A stretch of 64,000 nucleotides of DNA, from IMG/VR virus record IMGVR_UViG_3300025030_000004, positions 102,653 to 166,652 of that record, one strand, 5' to 3'. A model generated the notes under the pieces. The model did no database searches and had not been told where the DNA came from. It worked only from the letters and a program-made list of their open reading frames with translations. The position numbers were made by a program, and so were the translations under genes. Shown here in pieces: positions 50,452 through 60,164 of this stretch. How positions within the stretch are numbered: position 1 is the stretch's first letter; every line of letters starts with the position of its first letter. The DNA is from a virus.

Positions 50452-51762
50452 ATGTCAAAGTACAATTTTAAGGAATTTTTCACAAATAATGTCGTGTACA
50501 GTGACAAGATAATACATAATAGTGAATATGTTAGTAATACTCATTTTCTTATTAAGAAGACTGAGCTTAAAAACAATCAATTAGAATTTGTAAACAATTT
50601 TCCTGAAGCGGGTATAAATTATAACAATCAATTCTCTCAAATAATTTCCAGTCAATTAAAAATGGATATTGGCACAGAATTTAAACCGGAAAGAATCAAT
50701 GTAGGATATGATAATAATATTGTTATCATGGGTGAAGTAGGGATTAAGGAAGGCTATTTAAATTTCCTTGAATCCTTAAAATGTAAATTGTTTGTCATGG
50801 AAAGCGATAGGAAATGGAATCCCTTATCAATCTATAACAATGACAATAAATTTGTTGGTGTGGTATTACCGATTAAATTAAGTACATTAAATGAATCTAT
50901 AGACTATAATGATTATCTTGATAATCTAAAAGTAGCACAAGAAGCCAAGGAGTTAACCAAACAAAACTCTAAGAAATGCTTATATATCAAAGATAATAAA
51001 GCAGTAGTTAGAAATAAAGAACTAACATGTCTTGCAGAATTGATCAATGATAGATCCTATAACAATCTATATATTGAAAAATCTGACAAACAAGATGTTG
51101 AAGTTTATATTGATCTTGATGTAGTTTGTGTGTTCATTAGAACTATTCAGAAAGATAGATTGCTTGAAGATGTAGACTATTATCTCAAACATCTAACTGA
51201 ATACACATTGGAAATCGCATTAAAAAGTATTTATCATCGTAAAGAATATAATCAATTTGTCAATGTAGCAGACATTAAACTTGTTGAACTCTCAGGAGCC
51301 ACTAAAGAGCAAGTACAAGAACTAATTAATTATCGTCAAGAATGGTATAACAGGAAGGCTCAAGAAGATCAAGAGAAGAAATTAAAACGAGAACAAGAAG
51401 AAAAGGAATATATAGAAGATAAAAATAAATTAATTGAAGATTTAGTATTAGTAGCAGAACAGGCAATCTTAAACAAACAGGAAGTCAAGAATCAAGAAAT
51501 AACAATATATAAATCTAGATATGACTCAAATGACACTAGTTTGATACTTTACCTGATGAAATTATATGAAATTAAAGTACCTTTAAAAACTCAAGGATGG
51601 ATCAACAATGCCTTAGCAGACATTGGTTTTAACGAAGATACTAATGCTTATAATTACAGTTATTATAAGTCTTCTGCTAATAGTATGGTATTTATGAAGT
51701 ATTTGAGATGGTTAATTGAAGCTATTGAGAACAAGTATAATATTTCTGTCGTAGCAAAATGA
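50452..51762 (+). CDS. Hypothetical protein
   Basis: 436 aa; C-terminal 'IKVPLKTQGWIN'. Confidence 0.7.
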   Translation: MSKYNFKEFFTNNVVYSDKIIHNSEYVSNTHFLIKKTELKNNQLEFVNNFPEAGINYNNQFSQIISSQLKMDIGTEFKPERINVGYDNNIVIMGEVGIKEGYLNFLESLKCKLFVMESDRKWNPLSIYNNDNKFVGVVLPIKLSTLNESIDYNDYLDNLKVAQEAKELTKQNSKKCLYIKDNKAVVRNKELTCLAELINDRSYNNLYIEKSDKQDVEVYIDLDVVCVFIRTIQKDRLLEDVDYYLKHLTEYTLEIALKSIYHRKEYNQFVNVADIKLVELSGATKEQVQELINYRQEWYNRKAQEDQEKKLKREQEEKEYIEDKNKLIEDLVLVAEQAILNKQEVKNQEITIYKSRYDSNDTSLILYLMKLYEIKVPLKTQGWINNALADIGFNEDTNAYNYSYYKSSANSMVFMKYLRWLIEAIENKYNISVVAK

Positions 51763-51782
51763 AATTATAGGAGGAATACATT

Positions 51783-52067
51783 ATGACAATCCAAGATTTT
51801 GTGAACAAAGGAATCTCAGTAATTAATAACATGGGAGAATTAAGAACAGTTAGGAATGAACCAAAATATACTTCAATTCCATTCCCTAATGGATGGGTAG
51901 CAAGCGTTATACATGAAGATGAAGGGTATTCAGTAGCAACATGTGATTACAATGGTTACTTTAATTGGAATATCTTAAATGATTTTGGTGCAAATGATGA
52001 TGGAAAATTTAATTGCAAAACAGAAGATGAAGTGTGTAAGGCATTAGCAATAATTGAGAATTTATAA
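51783..52067 (+). CDS. Conserved phage protein
   Basis: 'FPNGWVASVI' motif; AGGAGG SD. Confidence 0.65.
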   Translation: MTIQDFVNKGISVINNMGELRTVRNEPKYTSIPFPNGWVASVIHEDEGYSVATCDYNGYFNWNILNDFGANDDGKFNCKTEDEVCKALAIIENL

Positions 52068-52254
52068 CCCTATTAAACATGCACTTTAAGACAATGTTAA
52101 AAGCCTAGTCTTAGAGACTAGACCTTTAACCTAAAAGAGATTGTCCAATGAGTAAGAGGAAGCTATTAAAACCCCTTACAGCTATATTATACTCAACTTA
52201 GGTTAGTTTTATTCCAAAGATGTAAAGCAATGGAAATTAAAGGAGGAGAATTTA

Positions 52255-52890
52255 ATGTGTCTAGCTAAAAGTTATATCGAACAAATTATGGAGATTTACA
52301 ATAATATTAATCTAGACATAAACCGTCTTTGTAAAGAAGAAAAGATGGCAAACTTATTTGATCAAGATATGCTACATGCAATTGAGAACACTAATTTCAA
52401 TGCTTGTGATGGCTATAAACTAGCAAAACAATTAAGGAAAAACAGGTTGTTCCGCAGACAGGTTAAGAATGAACTGGATACTTTACTACGATTAAAAGCT
52501 AATATAATTGATTCAAATTATGATATGCTGAATGATCAGCATCAAAAAATAATTCTTAGAGATAATTACCTAAAGAGTTTAGTGGAAAACAAAATATATA
52601 ATCCAAAAATAATAGGAGTTGAAAATCCAGAAATTAGAGTTAGAAGACCTATTTCTAGACAATTTAAACCAAAAGCAATTCCTACGCCTGTTTTGTCTAT
52701 ACCAATACAGCCAAAGCAAGAACAACAAATTATATTGGGAGATGCCATACATAAGAAAACTAACACAAAATTAAAAGTGATAAGCAAGATTGATGACGGT
52801 CATTATGTTGTTAAAACAGAGAAGGGTGCATATCAAGTTTTGTGTAGTAAATATATTATTAACTTAAAACTTGATCAGTCCGCGAAATAG
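52255..52890 (+). CDS. Coiled-coil hypothetical protein
   Basis: 'QDMLHAIE..FNACDGYKL...RRQVKNE'. Confidence 0.65.
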   Translation: MCLAKSYIEQIMEIYNNINLDINRLCKEEKMANLFDQDMLHAIENTNFNACDGYKLAKQLRKNRLFRRQVKNELDTLLRLKANIIDSNYDMLNDQHQKIILRDNYLKSLVENKIYNPKIIGVENPEIRVRRPISRQFKPKAIPTPVLSIPIQPKQEQQIILGDAIHKKTNTKLKVISKIDDGHYVVKTEKGAYQVLCSKYIINLKLDQSAK

Positions 52891-52963
52891 GATAAATGAT
52901 TGCTTTCAAGTTACTATTATCTTGTTTATTTAGAATTAAGTCTGATATATTAGTATAATTATC

Positions 52964-52992
52964 TTGACAATAGCATATAATAGGAGTAGAAT
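52964..52992 (+). promoter_or_regulatory. SigA-type promoter
   Basis: TTGACA-17-TAGAAT. Confidence 0.7.
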
Positions 52993-53025
52993 AAGGTTAA
53001 GGAAATAAATTGAAGGAGAATAGAA

Positions 53026-53220
53026 ATGAACTTAGGAGAACGCATAGCAAATGTTATTGAGCAACAGGGTAGAACAAAAACATGGGTGGCTGAACAATCA
53101 GGAATTAAATATAAAACATTCGTTGATAAGATTATGAGGAATAGTTTTAGTGGAGAAGATTTATTACGGGTAGCCAAGGTCTTGAATATTAATCTTGAGG
53201 AATTGAAAGGGGAAATTTAG
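53026..53220 (+). CDS. XRE/Cro-like HTH regulator
   Basis: 'WVAEQSGIKYKTF...VAKVLNINLEEL'. Confidence 0.8.
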   Translation: MNLGERIANVIEQQGRTKTWVAEQSGIKYKTFVDKIMRNSFSGEDLLRVAKVLNINLEELKGEI

Positions 53221-53221
53221 A

Positions 53222-53557
53222 ATGTTTGGATTTTCAAAACGGCATGAAGTTGTTAAAGAAATTAACAGAGGAGAAATTTACAACGTAGGTTCTGGAGAAG
53301 TTATAATTATAAGCAATAACACTGTTAATAGACATAGTTCATTTATTCATGTATTGCCAATAAATAAGATTAATTTAAAAAGCATTGTTGTTACAGATGA
53401 TGTAATTTCAATTCACATACTTGATCTAGATAAAAAGGTTGGTGAAGTATCTGTGGAAAGTATGGAAAATTTAGAAAATGGATTAAATAATTCATATATA
53501 CATGGTAAACAAGGAGACGCTATTATTATCAAACGTAAAAACCACATCAATGTCTAA
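53222..53557 (+). CDS. Degenerate PemK/MazF-like protein
   Basis: 'INRGEIY', 'IIISNN..N..S..I.VLPI', 'KKVGEVS...ME.LE'. Confidence 0.5.
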   Translation: MFGFSKRHEVVKEINRGEIYNVGSGEVIIISNNTVNRHSSFIHVLPINKINLKSIVVTDDVISIHILDLDKKVGEVSVESMENLENGLNNSYIHGKQGDAIIIKRKNHINV

Positions 53558-53584
53558 TTTGCTAGTATCATAAGGAGGTTTAAA

Positions 53585-53776
53585 ATGAATAAAAACGAGA
53601 TCGAAAGATTACTAAAAGGTGAAGCTATTAAGATTGGTAAAAATCAAATTCACCTTGAAGATAATTTCTTTATAGTTGAAAAATACGAATATACGGATAA
53701 TGGTATTGATATGTTTAGTGTTGATGATGGTTACAAAAGCATTGAATTTGCTATCAAAATGGCAAAAACATTATAA
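53585..53776 (+). CDS. Hypothetical protein
   Basis: AAGGAGG SD. Confidence 0.6.
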   Translation: MNKNEIERLLKGEAIKIGKNQIHLEDNFFIVEKYEYTDNGIDMFSVDDGYKSIEFAIKMAKTL

Positions 53777-53819
53777 TTGACTTGACAAAGGGCAAGCAAT
53801 TTAAAGGAGTAAAAGAGAA

Positions 53820-54140
53820 ATGGAAAAATTAAGAGTATGGCATATCCCACAAGTTGGTCATAATGCAACATTATATGTTCCAGTTGAAACAGCAGAGGAA
53901 GGAAAAAAAGTTATGGATATTTTAGCTTGCTATGATCTATTTCAACTAGAGAATAGAATCAAACCTGATTTTTGTAACACCTCTGGACTTCAAGTATTTG
54001 ATGAAGAAGAACAAAAATGGTTGGATTGGGTTCTTGAGACTGAAGACAATTATTTTGATAATGTTGACGAATTTTTTGAAGAAGATGAAAAAATGCAAGT
54101 ATTTACAAGGGAATTATTTGGTCAACTTAAAGGGGCATGA
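53820..54140 (+). CDS. P22 gp17-like protein (exclusion-evasion/anti-defence)
   Basis: 'KLRVWHIPQV...YDLFQLENRIKPDFCN..GL'. Confidence 0.7.
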   Translation: MEKLRVWHIPQVGHNATLYVPVETAEEGKKVMDILACYDLFQLENRIKPDFCNTSGLQVFDEEEQKWLDWVLETEDNYFDNVDEFFEEDEKMQVFTRELFGQLKGA

Positions 54141-54392
54141 AAGGACGGTTTTAATGGTATGAAGAAAGTTGAGTATGTTTTTAATCAAGGGGATATGTCA
54201 GAAATTCTAATAGAGTTAAAAGATGCCGAGCAAGAAACAAGAATGTTATTAGTCCAACTTGAAGACGGTGATACCAAAGATGAAGTTATGGGAATACTTA
54301 ATCGCATTCAATTTTCAATACACAAATTAGAAGAATAGCACGATCAAAATACTATTTCGTATGCTAAATTAAAGAAAGAGAGTGATTAAATT

Positions 54393-54668
54393 ATGAATAA
54401 AATAAAGCAATATAGACCTAATCTTGTAACAACAACCGAAGATAATCAGATGGTTGAATTTGAAACTACACAAGAACTTCTTAATATTGATTTTGTAAAA
54501 AAGTTTTCAAACAGAAATAACTTTTATAGATATAGTTTGGATATTGACAATTATTTTAATCAATATAGTTTGATGGCAGAATATAATGATGGTCGTGATT
54601 GGTGGGTGGTTGGATTCATTGATAATCCACAAGATATAGATTTGCCCAAATGGAAACCAATTAAATAA
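54393..54668 (+). CDS. Hypothetical protein
   Basis: 'LMAEYNDGRDWWVVG'. Confidence 0.6.
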   Translation: MNKIKQYRPNLVTTTEDNQMVEFETTQELLNIDFVKKFSNRNNFYRYSLDIDNYFNQYSLMAEYNDGRDWWVVGFIDNPQDIDLPKWKPIK

Positions 54669-55097
54669 TCCCAAGAAAGCCTGAATTTATGTGAGATGGA
54701 GATGTAAAACAATGAATGATTTGAAAGTTTTAATGAAAAAATGTTTTAATTGCGGATATTTTGAGGAGAATGGTATAATGTTTTCAGCCGTACCAGAATG
54801 TATGTATTATAAAGAATATGCTTGCGAAGCAACTAAATATTACACATGTTCAAAGTGAATAAAACGTGAATTCAATCTATTAATAAAGGAGTTTTTCTAA
54901 TGAATGACTTAATAATATTTTACGGAGTACCAAATGACAAGGAAATTGGATATAAATATGCAAAATATGATGGAACAGGGTATACATTATTTTGGTATAA
55001 TAAAGAAACAGACGAAGAAATCATATTTCCATTAGATAATGAAGATTTAGACCAATTAAGATAATCAGGGATTTTATACTGAAAGGAGAATAGATTT

Positions 55098-55352
55098 ATG
55101 AATGAAAAAACTGCAATAAAAGTAATAAAACAGCATTGTTCCAAAAATATAACGGTTTTTCAAAGTGCGTTAGATATAGCTATTATAGCATTAGAAAAAC
55201 AAATACCCAAGAAACCAAAGATTGAAAAATGGGAACCCGCCAGATGCCCTTGTTGTGATGGAAGTTTAAGCGAATGTGCAGGAGATGGTTATTATGATCA
55301 TCAATACAACTTGAAATTTTGCGATTGTGGACAGAGATTGAAGTGGGAATAA
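55098..55352 (+). CDS. Zn-ribbon phage protein
   Basis: 'ALEKQIPKKP..CPCC...FCDCGQRLKW'. Confidence 0.7.
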   Translation: MNEKTAIKVIKQHCSKNITVFQSALDIAIIALEKQIPKKPKIEKWEPARCPCCDGSLSECAGDGYYDHQYNLKFCDCGQRLKWE

Positions 55353-55361
55353 AAAGTCTAA

Positions 55362-55733
55362 TTGAAAGGATGTTATCGAATGGATAAAGAAACTTTTCAA
55401 GAAATGACTAAACAAGAAAAGATTGATTGTTTATTTGCTAAAATTGATAATATTAAAAGTGTTGCAGCATGGCACAATAGAGAATATAGTAACGGCAAGA
55501 ATTGGATGAAAAATTGCAAAGATGCTTGTACTGTAATTTATGATAATTGTAAATCAATTTTATCTGCATATGAAGAAGAGACATTGATTGATTTAAATTT
55601 AAAAAATAAAAGAGATAAAGTGGAAATGCAATTTGATAAATTTATGAACGATGAAAATATATCTAAACAGAAAAAAGATCAAGTTTTGAAAATAATTATG
55701 GATATGTTAAATTTGTTTGAAAAGGAGAATTAA
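55362..55733 (+). CDS. Hypothetical protein
   Basis: Probable start 55380 after AAAGGA. Confidence 0.55.
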   Translation: MKGCYRMDKETFQEMTKQEKIDCLFAKIDNIKSVAAWHNREYSNGKNWMKNCKDACTVIYDNCKSILSAYEEETLIDLNLKNKRDKVEMQFDKFMNDENISKQKKDQVLKIIMDMLNLFEKEN

Positions 55734-55736
55734 TAA

Positions 55737-55970
55737 ATGAAAGCAAAACTTTTACGTATTGATATACGTGGAATGACAGCATATAGTAAAGAAATTGAAG
55801 ACAATATTGATATTGAAACTTTTGCTGAAACAGTAAAAGAAGTTGTTATAAGTTGGGGTATTTGGAATGAAGGAGATAAGTTTATTATTGAAGTAATAGA
55901 TTTTCAAAAAGAGTTAAAAAGAAGACAAGAGAATTTTGAAAGAATTCATAATGAGTTAATGAACAAATAA
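55737..55970 (+). CDS. Hypothetical protein
   Basis: AAGGAG SD. Confidence 0.55.
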   Translation: MKAKLLRIDIRGMTAYSKEIEDNIDIETFAETVKEVVISWGIWNEGDKFIIEVIDFQKELKRRQENFERIHNELMNK

Positions 55971-56002
55971 AAGACTTATTTCATGATATAGGAGATAAAA
56001 AT

Positions 56003-56167
56003 ATGAATAATGATTTAAAATTAAAACCTTGCCCATTTTGTGGGTCTAAAGCTGAGATTGGAACTGCGTCTGTATTTTGCGATAATTGCGGAGCTACAAT
56101 CTGGGCAAATCCCTATTCAGAAGAAGGTATCCCTAAAGCAATTGAAGCATGGAATAAGAGAGTATAA
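56003..56167 (+). CDS. Lar-like restriction alleviation protein (not in ORF track)
   Basis: MNNDLKLKPCPFCGSKA...CDNCGA...AIEAWNKRV. Confidence 0.75.
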   Translation: MNNDLKLKPCPFCGSKAEIGTASVFCDNCGATIWANPYSEEGIPKAIEAWNKRV

Positions 56168-56187
56168 ATAACAATTTTGTAGTCTAA

Positions 56188-56415
56188 ATGGGAGGGAGAA
56201 AAATGCATGAGGTATTTTGCATAGAAACAGAACAAAAATACAATCTTAAACCTCATACTCCTGTTAAAGTTACAACGATATTTTTAGGTGAATTTTATAT
56301 CGGAGACATTAGAGCATGGAGGTCGTGGAAAACTTATATCATGAATTTCTCTAGTGAACATATGGTATTCATAGTAGAGTTGGCTTCTATAAAATTTAAG
56401 ATGGAATGTCATTGA
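56188..56415 (+). CDS. Hypothetical protein
   Basis: GGGAG SD, start probably 56203. Confidence 0.5.
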   Translation: MGGRKMHEVFCIETEQKYNLKPHTPVKVTTIFLGEFYIGDIRAWRSWKTYIMNFSSEHMVFIVELASIKFKMECH

Positions 56416-56440
56416 CATTGTGTAATATTCAGAATATAAT
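56412..56440 (+). promoter_or_regulatory. SigA promoter with palindrome over -35
   Basis: TTGACA-17-TATAAT; AATGTCA-T-TGACATT. Confidence 0.7.
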
Positions 56441-56617
56441 AGAACCATAAATAATAAATTAAGGAGTTGAAATTAATGAATAATCCAAATGTCTTGAAAC
56501 AATGGTTTTATATCATCCGAGGACGTTTCAAACGACCACTATCCTATCATGACAAATGGAAATATACATATTTTACAAGGGAGGTTATCTAAATTATGGG
56601 AGAGTACCATTTAGAAG

Positions 56618-56926
56618 ATGAAGTTTGAGATGAAACATAGGGAAAATAAAATAATAAAGGAGGAAATAGTTATGGAAAAGTTCAAATTAGAAAAACAATA
56701 CAGAGGGAATTTATCTATTGATGGTGCTTTAGAACATTTTACAGATGAAATTGCTGGTAAATTAGATTGTGGTTTAGAAGATGATAAAGTAATAGAATTA
56801 AGTAGTATCAATAATTATACTAAAGAAATTTTATTTATGGAAAATGGAATGAGATTAGAGATAGAAGTATTTTTTGATACTAAAGAGGATGAATGGATAT
56901 GCACATGTCAAGAAATAAACACTTAA
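56618..56926 (+). CDS. Acidic hypothetical protein
   Basis: AGGAGG SD suggests start 56672. Confidence 0.55.
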   Translation: MKFEMKHRENKIIKEEIVMEKFKLEKQYRGNLSIDGALEHFTDEIAGKLDCGLEDDKVIELSSINNYTKEILFMENGMRLEIEVFFDTKEDEWICTCQEINT

Positions 56927-57100
56927 ATTTGACATTTCGAGTGATAAGGAGATAAAACTAAATGTATTCTTGGCAGGTAGCACAATCGGAGCATAAACAA
57001 TGGCATTTATCGCAGGAACAAATAGATAATAGTAAATATGCATTATTTTTTTCTCCAATGAATAAGATATAATAAACCAAACTAAAAGGAGGAATAAACC

Positions 57101-57220
57101 ATGCGTAAAACACTTATAATTGCCCTTCTAATCGTTCTATCTGTCTCAGTGGTCTATATGACTTCAAATCAAAACAGTACAGCTTACAAGGTGAATCAAG
57201 GCGCGACAGCGAAGATATGA
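57101..57220 (+). CDS. 39-aa secreted pro-peptide (AimP/Phr-like architecture)
   Basis: MRKTLIIALLIVLSVSVVYMTSNQNSTAYKVNQGATAKI; AAGGAGG SD. Confidence 0.6.
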   Translation: MRKTLIIALLIVLSVSVVYMTSNQNSTAYKVNQGATAKI

Positions 57221-57296
57221 TTGATAGGCTAATGATACACTAGTTCAGTTGTCGCAATTAGGGTTAGTGTATCGGTATATAAAGGAGTTGGTTTCA

Positions 57297-57968
57297 GTGA
57301 TTAAGAGAAATAAAATAACCAAGTATTGTAAGGAATGTGGAACAGGAGCAACAGTAAATTCTATAATTTGTACATCGTGTGGAGCAGAATTAAAAACTAG
57401 TAATGGAATGGCCTTTGTAATGCCTATTCGAGACAGAGAAAAAATTGAAGAAATGAAACAATATCTTAAATCTAATAATATTAGAGATTGGGCTTGGTTT
57501 ACACTTGGTATTAATTCAGCTTTAAGAATTTCTGACATATTAAAAATCACTGTATCTGATGTTATTGATGAAAATGGAAAAATTAGAGAAAGGCTCAAAG
57601 TAAAAGAAACTAAAACTGGGAAAAGTAAAGACTTTCCATTTTCGCAAAATGTAATTAATACCTTGACAGAATATATTTCTACTGTAAATCCCATAGGAGT
57701 TTTATTCCCTTCTAGAAAAGGTGAGGGAGCAATTAGTAGAGTTCAAGCAAACAATATAATATCTAAAGCAGCTATTGCAATAGGAATAAAGGAAAATATT
57801 GGATCGCACAGTTGCAGAAAAACGTGGGCATTTCAGGCTTATGAAAAAGGAGTTCCCTTAGTTAAAATCATGACGGCACTTAATCATGCTAGTGAAAGGG
57901 ACACTATGAGATATCTTGGAATTACCCAAGAGGGGTTAGATGACGTTTATTTGGATTTGAATTTATAA
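57297..57968 (+). CDS. Tyrosine recombinase (catalytic domain with N-terminal Zn ribbon)
   Basis: R (ALRISD), K (KTGK), HxxR (HSCR), H (LNH), Y (RYLG); CKEC/CTSC. Confidence 0.9.
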   Translation: MIKRNKITKYCKECGTGATVNSIICTSCGAELKTSNGMAFVMPIRDREKIEEMKQYLKSNNIRDWAWFTLGINSALRISDILKITVSDVIDENGKIRERLKVKETKTGKSKDFPFSQNVINTLTEYISTVNPIGVLFPSRKGEGAISRVQANNIISKAAIAIGIKENIGSHSCRKTWAFQAYEKGVPLVKIMTALNHASERDTMRYLGITQEGLDDVYLDLNL

Positions 57969-57995
57969 ATAAGGTTCAAAAAGGATGGGATAAGA

Positions 57996-58379
57996 ATGTT
58001 CAAAATGAAACCAATTCAATATAAGTTTCAACCAAAATTTGAACCAACAAATGAAATATATAATAAATATATTATAGCTGAACCTTTTGAATGGAATAAT
58101 GGTTATGGTATTTCATTTATAATTGAGGTAGAAATTCCACTGGAAGGTAAAAGTATTGGTTCAAGAATAAAGCAAGTAGAAAGATATGATTATTTTGATA
58201 GAGATGTTGATTATGAATTATCATTATTGTTTTCTCCTTTGTTTCATGGTGAAATAAGAGGTAAGTATGCTGAGAAAATTGTGTGGAATGTTTTTTATAA
58301 GTTGTGTAAAAAAGAGGAATGGTTAGATAATAATTTTCCTGAGTATGCGGAGTTTATAAATAAGCAGTTGAATTGTTGA
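57996..58379 (+). CDS. Hypothetical protein
   Basis: ORF with SD. Confidence 0.55.
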   Translation: MFKMKPIQYKFQPKFEPTNEIYNKYIIAEPFEWNNGYGISFIIEVEIPLEGKSIGSRIKQVERYDYFDRDVDYELSLLFSPLFHGEIRGKYAEKIVWNVFYKLCKKEEWLDNNFPEYAEFINKQLNC

Positions 58380-58464
58380 TTTTATTTGAGAAGAAGGAGA
58401 AAGTAGTATTTTAGAAAAAGCAGAGTTTAACGAAAAAGCATTATGTATTTTAGATTACTTATAT

Positions 58465-59661
58465 ATGGGTACAGATAGACGAGGAATAATTAGATTTACA
58501 ATTGAAAATATGATAAAGCAATGTAGATTCAAAGTAAGAACTGGACAAAATGAATCTGCATCAAAATTTAGAAAGATATTACATATGTTACAGCGACAAT
58601 CTATTATAAAAACAATAGATGAAGAAGATATTGTGTGTAGCCCGTTGATAGAAAGCTATAAACTTAAAGATTTAATTATATGTTCCTTAATGATTGACTT
58701 AAGTAACCAATATGTTGAACTAGACATGAAAGAGAAAGATAAAATATATAATTACACAGATGAAAAAGTAGATCATTTAAAACTTTTGTTATATTATTGT
58801 TATTTGAAATGTAGGATGTATAGAAGACCAAAAGATGATCAGATTGAAGTGTCAGGCGGTAAACCTGAAGTAGCCTATCCTGCATTTAAACAGATCAATG
58901 AGGACTTAGGAATTACAGATGATACTATTGATAAATACAATCAAGTTTTAGTTGCTTTGGATTTGATTAGGTATAAGTCGGCAGGTACTTGGTATTACAT
59001 AGATGATCCTAATAAAATAGTGAGGGAAAGTGTTAATTTTTACACTTTGTTTACAGATGAGGAAACAGCAGAACATAATTTAAAAGAGGGTATTAAATTC
59101 TATAAAAAGATGGATAGGAATTCTGATAAGATATTTACTGGAAGTAAAGAATATAAAAATAATAATAAAAAATTAAATGGTGAGTTAGGTTCTATTATCA
59201 AGAAAGAGAAATTAGGTACAGTTACAGAAAAAGATATTGCTAGGAAGAATGAAATATTGAGTTCAATAAATGCTAACGAAGAACAACATGGTATTCAGGC
59301 GATACTAGAAGCTAATCCTAATGAATTACTTTCTAGTATTTATGGCAGTTTCAATAGTGATAAGAAAGCCGATAAATATTATGAATTGGAAAACTCATTA
59401 GGACTTATTGGTGATGACGATGATTTGATTATTGATTATGATTATTATAAGTGGGTAATGATGAATTATGATAAGCAAGAACATATATATTATTTGAATT
59501 GCGTTAGCAAACATAAGAGAGGTATTCCCAAACCAAGAGGATTACAGAATAAGAAGCGTAAGGAAGATGAAGGAGAGGATGATAGTGATTTTATAAGAGA
59601 AATGGGATGGGATATGGAAACAGATGAATTAGATTTTAGTGAGTTTGAAGATATTAAGTAA
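58465..59661 (+). CDS. Winged-helix initiator-like protein
   Basis: 'LLLYYCYLK', 'VAYPAFKQINEDLGITDDTIDKY..VL..LDLI'; frame open upstream to ATT at 58408. Confidence 0.55.
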   Translation: MGTDRRGIIRFTIENMIKQCRFKVRTGQNESASKFRKILHMLQRQSIIKTIDEEDIVCSPLIESYKLKDLIICSLMIDLSNQYVELDMKEKDKIYNYTDEKVDHLKLLLYYCYLKCRMYRRPKDDQIEVSGGKPEVAYPAFKQINEDLGITDDTIDKYNQVLVALDLIRYKSAGTWYYIDDPNKIVRESVNFYTLFTDEETAEHNLKEGIKFYKKMDRNSDKIFTGSKEYKNNNKKLNGELGSIIKKEKLGTVTEKDIARKNEILSSINANEEQHGIQAILEANPNELLSSIYGSFNSDKKADKYYELENSLGLIGDDDDLIIDYDYYKWVMMNYDKQEHIYYLNCVSKHKRGIPKPRGLQNKKRKEDEGEDDSDFIREMGWDMETDELDFSEFEDIK

Positions 59662-59744
59662 GTAGATGCAAAATTTTTTAGTTAGGCAATAGAAATGGGA
59701 GGGGCGGTTAATTCCGTCCCTTCTAGAAAGGAGTTAGAAATAAA

Positions 59745-60149
59745 TTGAAAGAACATATTACAATAAAACAATTAAAAGAATTGACCATTGATCAATCAAT
59801 AAAACTAAAAAGCATGTGGTGTCCAAAAACGCATGATATTATTATGGTAAAAGATAAAACATTTACTTTTAATAAGTTGCATTTTAAAACAGATGTTATT
59901 TTAGATGATTATGATACTTTTAAAGGATTTTGTATGCCATTATTATCTATTGGTCAGTGTCTTGAAATATTGGAACAGCATTTTTCTTGTATATCAATTT
60001 GTATAATTTCCCAAGCGAAAGAGAAATTTTGTTTGCATTTATGGAAAGACGAATCAGATTTTGAGAATGAACCATTAATAATATCTAGAGAAAATAACAT
60101 TGATGCACTATGGGAAGGAGTTAAATTAGTTTTAAGAAATTATTTATAA
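59745..60149 (+). CDS. Conserved phage protein
   Basis: 'KEHITIKQLKEL', 'PLLSIGQ', 'DALWE.VK'. Confidence 0.6.
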   Translation: MKEHITIKQLKELTIDQSIKLKSMWCPKTHDIIMVKDKTFTFNKLHFKTDVILDDYDTFKGFCMPLLSIGQCLEILEQHFSCISICIISQAKEKFCLHLWKDESDFENEPLIISRENNIDALWEGVKLVLRNYL

Positions 60150-60164
60150 GGAGTGTATTAAAAA

